In this document: piece by piece, positions 38,580 to 50,062 of the stretch
Layout of the letters: each line of letters begins with the position of its first letter
Position numbering within the stretch: the first letter of the stretch is position 1
DNA from: Octopus sinensis
Lineage: Eukaryota
DNA length: 50,062 nt
NCBI RefSeq assembly: GCF_006345805.1
Contig: NW_021834352.1
Span: 1-50,062, forward strand
Direction of reading: 5' to 3'
Position numbers and translations under genes: made by a program
Notes under the pieces: model-generated
What the model saw: only the letters and a program-made list of their open reading frames with translations
Told to the model about the DNA's origin: nothing
The model's database searches: none

Positions 38580-39133
38580 ACGAGGGGAAATTAAATATTA
38601 TCCACACTTCTGCCATAATATATCATTATTAATACCACACTGTTGTCTGCGCATGCGTGCTTATAGTTTATTCTGTAGTTGGCACGTGATCGAAGTTTCA
38701 GCCTGATCGCGCCATTACAATTCCCGAGCTTGCTGAGGTTCTCGTCAGTGGCGTCCTGCACTCGCCTTCTGGGTCACGCTTGTCTGGCCACTTTTAATTT
38801 TCTCATTCCATTCATAACACTTCTAGGGGTATTGCACTGTACGAGGATTGTGCTAAATGCCTCCGATGAACTTCAACACCTGACACACTTGTCGATCAGA
38901 CAATTCGAAATAATGGGTTTTGTTCACCATTGCTGCACAAGCTTACACTGTAAAGCCAGGAAGATAAATGGTGTGATCAGGGTCAAATTTCGATTACGTA
39001 GCTACAATGGTACCAAAAAAAGCACGCAGTCGCAGAAAGCAGTGTGACAATAATTAAGATGTTATGGTAAAAGACGCATAATTTTTGATTAATCCCGTTG
39101 AGCGGATGAATAGTTTTTGACATCCCATTGTAT
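38580..39133. mobile_element. Possible mariner-derived MITE with degenerate TIRs
   Basis: Left cacgaggggaaattaaatattatccacac versus reverse complement of the right end tacaatgggatgtcaaaaactattcatccgctc. Confidence 0.4.
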
Positions 39134-39273
39134 ATATATATCTATATATACATATACGAGCAAAACAACGCCCGTCCAATGGACGGTGCTCAGTTGTCAA
39201 TCACTATCAGTATATATATATATGTGTGTGTGTGTATATATATATGTATATATATATACATACATATATATAT

Positions 39274-39527
39274 ATAATTATACTCTCTCCATCGCACTTA
39301 CTGAGAAGTACTTGACACATTTGGGTCATCTTGACAACATTATCTCTCATAACCTCAATATATATATATGATTGATTGATTGATTGATTCTAGTTTCAGC
39401 TCACGAGCTGTGGCCATGCTGGGACACCGCCATTTGCTGTTGCTACATGGTTTTACTTCACGAATGCTTTTTAGCAACTGCCATTTGGTGCATGAGAGAG
39501 TTCGATGCAGCTGCCCTCAATACACAG

Positions 39528-39585
<58 letters not shown>

Positions 39586-39674
39586 TATATTGAGAGTTAT
39601 GAGAGATAATGTTGTCAAGATGACCCAATGTGTCAGGTACTTCTCAGTAAGTGCTATGGAGAGATTATAATTAT
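39274..39674. repeat. Inverted repeat with 87-bp arms (39274-39360, 39588-39674)
   Basis: ctctccatcgcacttactgagaagtacttgacaca.. versus ..tgtgtcaggtacttctcagtaagtgctatggagag. Confidence 0.92.
39370..39518 (-). mobile_element. Very short LINE 3' end (same family as 632-1082) with (ATCA)n tail
   Basis: Minus frame RAAASNSLMHQMAVAKKHS*; 3'UTR ggcggtgtcccagcatggccacagctc matches ~1031-1057. Confidence 0.8.
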
Positions 39675-39811
39675 GCTCCAGGTTCATTGATTATGTGAAT
39701 GAGGATTCCAACGTAGGTCTTATATCAGCATACGTATATATAGAAAAAAATACCAGAATGAGATAAATATCCAAGGGTGTGAAAGATTTCAGAACATTTA
39801 TAAATAAAAGT

Positions 39812-39857
39812 TCTTACGGCTGTTTCCGGGATATTTTATATATCCCATCATCATAGA
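39812..39857 (-). ncRNA. Degenerate minimal type I hammerhead
   Basis: Minus strand: tct-AUGAUGA-tgggatat/atatcccg-GAAA-C agcc G-UA-aga; C3>A and a broken stem III palindrome. Confidence 0.55.
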
Positions 39858-40629
39858 TGCTGTTAGATAATGGTTATAATAGTTATAATAGATAATATAT
39901 AAAATAGAGTTCAGGTATATATACAATTTCGAATTTAGTTCACGGACCCCAGTACTATCTTTGCAGACCATCAGGTGTCCGTGGAGCCTAGGTTTGGAAT
40001 CACTTCTTTAGTGATGTGGTAATGTGCATTTATATTGAACATAATAGGTCAAGGAATTACCATTTAATGTGCAATGCCGAGACGCTCGCAATATCTTGTT
40101 TGCTTATAAGATATCAAATAGAAATAACTATAAATCTGGAAGCGATTAGTAAGATTATTATTCCTATAGGTGGAATACGGGGTACTAACACCCCAGTTAC
40201 GAAGGCGGGTAGGGTTAGCAACTTTAAGATGATGTAAGCCAGTCTTGACTATAATTTATCACAGATATTTCTGATCCGCACTTGGATTTGTTCTTAGTGT
40301 CTAGCAGTAGACGCCAGAATTTTGAATGCAGAATTAATATCTGTTTCTGTTGAATATATTAATATATATTTTCAGTAGTCAGGAAATGGTGATATTAATT
40401 TATTTTAAAATATATCATATAGATACATATACACACGAGTGAGGCTGTGTGCATTTCAAATATATATGGCAACACATAACTGTGCATATATATATATATG
40501 AAAAAAAAATGTAATAACGCACAAGAGATTTGTATAATAAAATTTATGCAAATGTTAAGATCATAATGAAACAAAGAATGTATTACAATATTATATAATA
40601 TTATTTCTGTAATTTCAAATTATCAATGC

Positions 40630-40790
<161 letters not shown>

Positions 40791-42059
40791 CTATTTTTGT
40801 CTGTCTGTCCGTGTGTCTGTGTGCATGTATATATTCATACACATACACATCACATACGCATATATCCATACAACTATAGATCTAATCACAATTTCCTATT
40901 AAATATGCGACAGTATGTGCGCATGTTCGGGAAGAATACGAAAGCAGACACAGAGCGGGAGGGACAAAGTTATATTCGTGGCGTCTTCTTATACGTTTAT
41001 ATCTACTTGTAATTTTTTGAATGAAAACTTTAATTCAACATTTCATTTATTAGTCTAGTATATTCACCATGGCTGCTAAGTTTAGCATTCGAATCATTAT
41101 TTACGTTTTTTTGAAAAAAAAAATAACATTTCCCTTCTGGAGTCTACTTAATTCTGAAATAATGGACTAGAATTGATACTTGAATTGAATTTACATACTG
41201 TACATGTTTCAACATTACTTTCAGCAGTTCTAAGTATACTTAAAATGAACTTGCTTTTCTGTAGCTATTTCAATACTAATCCAGACATCTTACATTTGCA
41301 ATTAGTGATTTGTTGCTGCCATCTGAGGTGTCATCATTTATTTATATTACATTACACTACCGTTCAGAAATAGCTAAGTGCATTACCGTAATAAGCGTAA
41401 CGTTGTGTCGAAATGAAGATGTTGCTTTCAGGATTCTACAAAAAACTCATCTTAGCTGTTCTTCTATCTTTATACATAAAATCACGCAAGCTCATTCATG
41501 GCAGAAGATGAAGTAGCATGAAAATCTGGATTAGATGTTAACGAACTTAGTTCTCTTCACATTTCGGTAATTTTATAGACTTATATACAGTATTTTGGGA
41601 TTAATTTTCAGATACAATTTTCAACGTTCATATAGAAATACGAGCATAGACAGAGAGACGTGAGCACACGAACAAACACACACACGCTGGCGCGCACACG
41701 CACAGGTAGGCAAAGAAATAAGAACACACACACTCAGACAATCGTTTTCTTTCTCTTGGGCATCATCTAAATGTAATCTATGAAAGGCAAGTGAAATACG
41801 AATCGCAGTAACTGGCATTTGCGTTCCTGAAAGAAACCTCCTTCAAACTCCGATCGTTCCGGAAGTAGTAGTAGTGGTGGTGGTGGTGGTGGTGGTGGTG
41901 GTAGTAGTAGTAGCAGTAGTAGCAGTGGTAGTAGTAGTAGTAGTAGTAGTAGTAGTTAGTAGTTGCAGCAGCGACAGGAAAATAAAATAAATAAGAGGTA
42001 GTGGGATGAGGTGGAAGAGATGAGCAAAAGTAAATGAAGGAGAACAAGAACAATAATGA

Positions 42060-42418
42060 GGGGAAGACGAAGAAGTAGGAGAAGGAGAAGAAGAAGAAGA
42101 AGAAGAAGAAGAAGAAGAAGAAAACGAAGAGGAAGAAGTAGAAGAAGAAGAATTGAAGGAGGGGAGGAGACGAAGTAGAAGAAGAAAAAGAAGAAGAAGA
42201 AAAGAAGAAGAATTGAAGGAGGGGAGGAGACGAAGTAGAAGAAGAAAAAAGAAAAAAAGAGTAGGAAAAGAAAGAAAATAAAAAGAAGAAGAAGAAAAGG
42301 AAGAGGAAAAAATAAGAAGATGAAGAAGAGGGGAAGAAGAAGAAAAAGGAGAGAAGGAGAGAAGAAGAAGAAAGAAGAGAAGAAGAAGAAGAAGAAGAAA
42401 AAGGAGAAGGAAGAAGAA

Positions 42419-42451
<33 letters not shown>

Positions 42452-42530
42452 GAAGAAGAAGAAGAAGAAGAAGAAGAAGAAGAAGAGAAGAAGAAGAAGA
42501 GAAGAAGAAGAAGAAGAAAAGAAGAAGAAA
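42060..42530 (+). repeat. Polypurine (GAA)n array with internal 60-bp-period duplication
   Basis: Nearly all A/G; gaagaagaattgaaggaggggaggagacgaagtagaag occurs twice, 60 bp apart (~42143 and ~42203). Confidence 0.95.
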
Positions 42531-43314
42531 ATAACGATGATCTTGGGGATTAATAAGACGTTTATGATGACGTGAATTATTATGATGATGATGAAGACGG
42601 CGACGACGAGTGTAGAAATAAAAGTATAAACTAAAGGCCTCTAAAAGAAATGAATGTCCATGGATAATGGTGATATATGCTTGCTGGTTCTGGTGCAAAG
42701 GAACGCCAGTCTGTACTAAATTAAACAACAGTTTAAAAAATTGCAACGCGACTTCCCATTTCCTTTATAAAATAACCATTTCAGAATTGTAATCTAGACA
42801 GTAATGATGACTAAGTAAAGACAGGGGATTAAATAAAGGTAATATCTTTAGTAAATAATATCAACTATATTCTTTTCGATCACGCAGCATTAAACTTAAA
42901 TGGTGTATGCTAGAAGATTAATGCATTTATGAAAGTAAGTTAGGATGAGATATATTTGGCACAGCTGTTGAAGTACTTCATGAAACGATTTATCACATTC
43001 GGTTGTGAATAAGGAAATTACACACATTCACATAAGCAATCACATACGGACACACACCAACACGTATACTGCATATATGCGTGTGTATGATTGTGCGCGC
43101 GTGTTTTTACTTAAAATTTAAAGAAAACAAAAGACACAGACAGGTGTAGTAACAATAATCAAGTATACTAGCTTAAGGCTCATGAAGAATGGAAAATTAT
43201 TCTACGTTTCGAGCGTAAAAGAAAGGATTTAGATTAAGAAAATCGGGAGAAAGGATGATAACAAACGGAGAGAGATAAAAAATGTAGAGTGTAACGCTTC
43301 ACAAAGTGAACATT

Positions 43315-43441
<127 letters not shown>

Positions 43442-43747
43442 AGTAAATGAAGTTGAAAGCAGGTGTTATTCAAATGCCCTTACTTCGACATATGCCTCGA
43501 AGACAACATTATTTTGTTCCAAAGGAATAACGGTGTGAAATTATGTGATTTTCTCACCAGGAAAGAAAGAGAACCCGTTTCAACAACAAGAGATTACTAC
43601 AATTTTGATAACTCCATAAATGATAAACAGAACGCTATTAAACCGGAGTTTCTACCTTTCAGTAGGTCGCTACATCCTTGTTACTTGCGGGAATTTTGTT
43701 ACCCTGGTAACTGGAAACAAAGGATAATTCATTCACCCATTTATATA

Positions 43748-43960
43748 GGAGGAGAATTCACAAAAAAAACAAAAGACGAAGTCAGGTGGTGTAGATATCA
43801 AACCGATGTATTAGTTTAACGCTCGGGAAGTGAAAAGACATCAATGTTTGGAGCCGACGCTCTTCCACAGAAAGTAACAAGGAGAAAAAATAAAGAATGT
43901 TTAGTGGCTAGCAAATGCCGGACAGAGAGGTCACACAGGAGAGCTAGAAAGATAATAAAG
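43748..43960 (-). mobile_element. PLE pseudo-LTR remnant with decayed hammerhead-like motif
   Basis: Minus strand ctgtgga-a-gagc-gtcg-gctc-caaac; same architecture as 31373-31399. Confidence 0.45.
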
Positions 43961-44751
43961 TAGTGGTGATTCCAAAACAAATGTGCCGTACGTGTGCATA
44001 TGAGAGTGTGTGTTTGCGTGTGGAAGTGCGCTGCTGTGTATGTGTAAGTGTGAAGATATGGGGCTGGTCAATGTTAGTGTGTGGTGGTGTGATGTGATGT
44101 CTTGTGTGCTATGTTGGTGTATGGTGCAGTGGTGTGTGGTGTGGTGTGATGGTGTTGGGAGGTGGGGGGTGCAATAGTGGGGAGAACAAAGGTGCCGTGT
44201 GGTTTAGGCTGAGGGTAGGGATAGAGGTGGTATATGTGTGTAGACAGAGGCTAAAGGCAGAGGTGGTGTATATCGGAGTGAGTGTAAAGAGTGGGGTTAA
44301 GGTGAGATGGGAAAGGTAGGGAATGTGGTGTTGGAATGTGTAGAGTGGGGTGGGGTTACGAGTGAGGGGTGAAGATGAAAGAGGGAAAGAAATTAAAAAG
44401 TTAAACGCGCAAAAGTTATAATAGAAAAATTACTTACCAATAATCACCATATAATTATGCACTGAAACAACTGTAAGGATCTTAGTCAAAGCTTGTTTAC
44501 TCCATCTTCTTATATTATAATTCATCTATATAAACACTGCCGGTAATCACGAATAAACGGCAGACTTAATACGCAAATACAGAGCTTTTATCCACGAATT
44601 TGGTGTTGAGCACTCAACTTATCTTTCGGCATTTACATATGTGCATGTAAGTATGTATGTACGTATTTATGTATGCATGAATATGTATGTGCGTGTGCAA
44701 ATGTATACTGTAAATGGAAATATGCATATATTTGTATATATGTATGCATAT

Positions 44752-44827
44752 ATGAATAAATGGTCGAATATATGAGGTTATCATTTTGAACATGAATAAA
44801 TGGTCGAATATATGAGGTTATCATTTT
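44752..44827. repeat. 40-bp tandem duplication
   Basis: atgaataaatggtcgaatatatgaggttatcatttt x2. Confidence 0.95.
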
Positions 44828-45193
44828 ATAACAAACATACGGCTTCTATCTTTTTAAAATATTACTAAGAGTACTCACTGCTGTTATGCGAAAAGTCATA
44901 ATAATGAAGACAGTGACTTACTGAAGATTAAGTTAAACCACTCGTTTCTTAAGATTTTAATAATGCTATTTCGAAACACATTGCCTCCTGATTTCTTATA
45001 GAATTATTATTATAATTTAATTCTTGTGAATTACACTGAATTTAGATAAACATATCATTGCTTCTGTTTATACTTCAGTCAATTATGTTAAAAAGATTTT
45101 CTCATTGCTTATTACTTGTTTCTGTTGGAACAAATATATCTTATGAAACGCAGAACGGTTAATGAGTATTGCTTAGTGTTAATTCATTTACTT

Positions 45194-45198
45194 ACTAC

Positions 45199-45264
<66 letters not shown>

Positions 45265-45266
45265 CA

Positions 45267-45322
<56 letters not shown>

Positions 45323-45371
45323 ATCATCATTATTATTATTAATATTATTATTAGTATTATCATTATTATTA

Positions 45372-45415
<44 letters not shown>

Positions 45416-45498
45416 TATAATCATCATATTATTATTAATATTATTATTAGTATTATCATTATTATTACTATTATTATTATTATTATCATTATTATTAA

Positions 45499-45540
<42 letters not shown>

Positions 45541-45557
45541 AATTATCATTGTTATAT
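45194..45557. repeat. (ATT)n array
   Basis: Direct reading; gives the poly-I and poly-N pseudo-ORFs. Confidence 0.97.
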
Positions 45558-48152
45558 AACAACTTGTTGAACTTAAAGGAGAATTTCAGCAACAGCACAA
45601 CCAATCTCCAGCTCGTCTGCTTGTTTTTAATTCACACTAATAAGATAACATATAATAACTGCTTAATCTTCATTGATTTAAGGATAATGTTATCTTCTAG
45701 TCAGTAAGTATTAACTAATTTTCTTTTACATTTATTTTTTTCTTGGAAATATCACCTTTGCAATTTTACTTAAAATGAGAAGAGATTTCGTGTTCCAATG
45801 TTACCAATCTAGTCTAAATAATGTGATCAAATCCGTAGAAAAATATTTTTTCAAGGACATTGACATTATATATCAAGATAGGATTTGAAATATTTTAAAA
45901 GTGTCGTGCTGTATCGCCACGATGAGGACAAATATCCGTCAATTGTAAATAATATAAATCATGTGCATAATTCCTCATCTCTTAAAAATATAGAACACTA
46001 TTTATATAATACAATTTCAAATTTATTACTTTGTATATACAGTATATATATTGAAATGTATATTATCACTTCCTCCTTTTATGCTTCAGGTTAATTCTTT
46101 TCTTTCTTTACTAGTATTACATACAGGTATTATATTCTCGTGCAATGTGTCCCTACACATAATGGAGTGTGTACAATGCACCTTTTAATTTAATGATTTA
46201 TGGATGATATAAAAGAGATGCCCTCTTCCGTTATCAATCTTTTAGAGTAAACCTTTGCTGTTTTGCTGCGGTCATATCATTGCATTCATGGATAAACATC
46301 CTGTTTTCATTTCCTCAAACGCTAAATATTTGAAACACACTGTAAATGGCATGTACTCATCTATTTATCTATACGCTAGAAATAACTTCTCTGATTCTCA
46401 TTGTAAATCTATTGTCATAACTTTATCTAATATTTTCCAGGAAAAGATACAAAGATTCAAAAGATTTGTTTCTGTCTGCCTTCTAGTCTTATACCATCAA
46501 AAGCTTTGACAAAGAGACAACAAGAATTGACAGAAAGAATCCGTTTGACTGAGAACAAGAAAATAATTGGCGCTGATATTAAGGAAACCCTGCAGAAATA
46601 GAGAAGTGACGATAATAATTTCCGAGCATATAAAATTATATACGATACCACTGCGAAGCGAAACTCACATTTTCTTTCGACACATGAAGTAAACATGAGG
46701 AAATGATAGTTGCAATTTATTTTATAGTAAGATACGACGTCAAAGATAGCGACAGTAGAGATAATACAGGCAATTTATTTTGAATTAAAGACACGATAAT
46801 ATATTGAAAACATTTGAAATTATGGTAATATTGAACGCATTTGGTGTGCTGGGAAATATTGCAAACAAAACAAAAAGAAAAAGAAAAGAGAAAGCAGAAA
46901 AATTCATAAAATTTATTAAACAAGAATGAGATTATCTTTTGTATTAAAATTACATGACAGAAAGCAATTTTAACTCCCGAAAATATAATAGAATACTTGG
47001 AAAAAGACACCATCTCGTGCATGCTGCTATATCTGGAAATAGTTTATTTTATAATATTCTGTAAGGTGAGGTGAAGATTTGAACGAGGAAATGTCTTTCA
47101 TTTCACGACCTCAATTTTCTGCTCCGTACAGCAATTTCCGAACATTGTTGTTAGCAAGTATCCAAGGCGTCTGGCATCTTCACTGGAAACAATGGAAGTG
47201 CGAAATACCTAAGCATTAGATTACTTTAGCTTGAAAGCAGGATGAAATATATATCAATTACGAGATAAACAATGTAATAAACTGTTACAGAATTTAACTA
47301 ACCATTGAGTTATGCTGAGTACAAATACTTCAATAAGGAAAGAAAGGGGTTAAAAACAGTATATAGGTCAATCATATAATTTACTTAGTCATAGGTTCAT
47401 CTAAATTGAATATCTGAAATCCCTTTGCTTATTTGCGTAGAATTTTTTCAGTGAGTGCACAACAATCAGGCCTGTGCTTATCTGCAGATACACAGACGTA
47501 CATGCGCACGCACACACACACACACACATACACGCACGTACATACCTTCTTTCGCCATCCTTTTCTGATTCCCTTTTTGAGTCACACCCTCCTTCAACAA
47601 GTTTCCTCTCCATATCTCTCCCACTTTCTCTTTTCTCTTCACCTCTCTCGTTGCTCACATGTGACCATTGTTCATCATTCTTTTCCGCATGTGATCATCT
47701 GTCTTTTCCTGCGCGGTTAATCAAAACATCGAACTTCTTTATCACTTTGTCTTCTAGCTTATATATTTTCAAAAATATGTTTCTTCCAGCTTTCACTATT
47801 CTCCTCTTTTTCTGGTCTAACGACCCTCCATGTTTGTTTTCGTTCAGTTTCCTTGTATATCTCCACTGTCATGTTTTCGTTCCCAAATTTAAGCCTACAT
47901 AAATTTTAGTTTAGATTTCATGCGTGCAACTGTTATTGAAGACTCATATTGTTGTTGAATGCTCGAAATGAGGAGTAGATAGAAAGTCGACAAATGATGA
48001 AGGGTCATTTGTCTGATTTACTCAAACTGTTGTCCAGTTTTTCTCATCGTTTCCGTATTCCACACTTTCGTTTGCGTATTTAATGTTAGTTTTACCACGG
48101 TGATGTCCTCTACCCATAAAATGCATGTATATATATTTTATTCATTAATACT

Positions 48153-48200
<48 letters not shown>

Positions 48201-49856
48201 GAGATAGAACGTCCATAAAGTAATTCAATTAATAGCGAAAAATATCTATAGTATAATATAATTTGAAATATATCATAAACATTGTATAAAACATTTCTAT
48301 ACTAAATGATACCCATTAAAAAAATAATACACATTAAAATCATACACATTAAAACGACGCCGCACGTTTCGTGTCTATGAATACAAATCTATAATTTGTA
48401 TATCATGATATTTGCACCGTTATTTCCGTGTAAGTAAGTATATGTATAGATATATATGTGTGTGTGTGCGTCTGTGTGTGCACGTGTGTGTGTGTGTGTG
48501 TGATATTATAAGTGCAGAAAAATTACTTCAAAAAATCATCACAGAATATATAAGTCCTAAATAATAGTGTAATAATAGATAGACGTATAAATATATAGAC
48601 TATCGTTATCTGAAAGGTCTAAAAGTTTAAACTCTTAAACCTTTTAAATAATCATACATTATATATTTATACATCTATTTATTAATACAATATTATTTTG
48701 GACATATCTTCTGTGATGATGTTTTGATGTAATTTTCTTGTACTTATTGTACAGTTTAATGTATAATCACTCATATTAAATGTCAAAATGTTTTAATGTT
48801 TTATACATTTTCTACTAAAGAGCACTTATTAAAAATGCAGTATATTTTATTCTCATGAATATATTTGATTAATGATATATATATATATATAATATATTAT
48901 ATATATATATATAGATATATAGATAGATAGATAGATAGATAGATATATATATGCATACATACATATATTTTTGTGTATATATATACATAATTTCGACGCT
49001 CAAATGCATAGATGATACTACTCCTACGCACAACCATACATAAATGATTTGAAGTATACACATATAATGTCCGCTTCAGCTACGTACATTGGTATCTGAA
49101 GAAGCACTTACATTTCCTTAAGCTAATGTCTGTTATGTGTATTTATGTATGTATGTATGTATGTATTTATGTATCAATCTATCTTTATATACATAATATA
49201 TATTATATACTATATATATATATAGATATATATATGAGAGTTACAGAGGAGAAGTTGAACTCAGGCAGACTACAATTAGTACATATTTGTATAGCGTATA
49301 TAGTGTATATACGGAATTAATATGATAGAATTATCTAAAATATATATAGCAATACATTCAGAATATAAATATCTAGAAATATTTTTAAAATATATGAATG
49401 TTAACAATGCGCAAGGATAAATAGTATGTATAGATATATAAATGTAAGAGAGTAGAGATAAAAATATAGATGAAAATATAGATAAGAATAATGAAATAGA
49501 GAAAGACATTACTTTTAAAAATGGGATTAAACCATTTAATACATTTCTAGCGCAAACACTTTTCTATTCTTTTTCACTGATGACGGAGGCATTACTTGGA
49601 AGTAATTGTAAGATTCATATGTACTCTTTCAATGAAATCTAGAAACTGTCGTCGGAATACTTCATTTCCTTTAAATATCATACCAAAAATTATTTTTAAA
49701 CATCTTTTATTTCTATACCATAATTTATTTGGGATTTATTAAATAAGAGAATTGTATATTTCATTATTCTCATCTATATGTTTATCTATATTTTGTTTAA
49801 TCTATGCTCCATTATATTTCTATATCTACATATTTATTTGTCCTTGAATATTTTTA

Positions 49857-49897
<41 letters not shown>

Positions 49898-50062
49898 TGG
49901 TATCTTTATATTCTGAATGTATTGATATACGTTCTATAGAGAATTCTATATTCTATTAATGCTATATATATTTATGCAGTAATGTCTGCCTGAGCTGAAC
50001 TTCCTCATTGTATCTCTAGTACTTGTCTAGCGTCTCGGGTTCGACTCGAGCACGTCCATGTT

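Noticed and set aside
41778-42746. Longest ORF in the track (322 aa, minus strand)
   Set aside because: It is the reverse reading of (GAA)n and (GTA)n arrays, giving poly-F/S/L/Y with no domain content.
43463-43819. 118-aa ORF of mixed composition
   Set aside because: Starts at a non-ATG codon, has no recognisable domain, and its 3' end runs antisense into a PLE remnant.
49570-49660. ctgatga..gaaactgtcgtc hammerhead-like motif
   Set aside because: Stem II does not close next to GAAA and stem I does not pair; at most a decayed relic.
50035-50062. B-box-like gggttcgactc at the window edge
   Set aside because: Truncated by the window end with no supporting A box or cloverleaf.

Overview
AT-rich, microsatellite-saturated eukaryotic non-coding DNA. 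The SINE/LINE/MITE repertoire and dense (TA)n/(CA)n/(ATT)n tracts suggest an octopod cephalopod; this is inferred from recalled repeat families, not a database hit. No host protein-coding gene is confidently identifiable, and nearly all ORFs in the track are microsatellite or antisense artefacts. Decayed mobile DNA dominates: tRNA-derived SINEs, CR1/L2-like and RTE LINE ends, Penelope-like (PLE) relics, a mariner relic, MITEs, a Mutator-like foldback with 9-bp TSD and a Helitron-like element. Two structures stand out. (1) 25418-29452: a ~364-nt, hairpin-rich hammerhead-ribozyme repeat (retrozyme-like) interrupted at an ATCACC site by two tandem ~1.77-kb retroposons that encode only a ~450-aa ORF1/Gag-like CCHC protein, with no RT. 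Removing the insert restores a long helix around the ribozyme. (2) 21388-22051: a ~98% identical 305-bp foldback with an identical, intact type I hammerhead (unusually long stem II) on each strand. Several decayed hammerhead-like motifs also occur, mostly next to (TA)n tracts. All folds and alignments were done by eye and coordinates of decayed elements are approximate.
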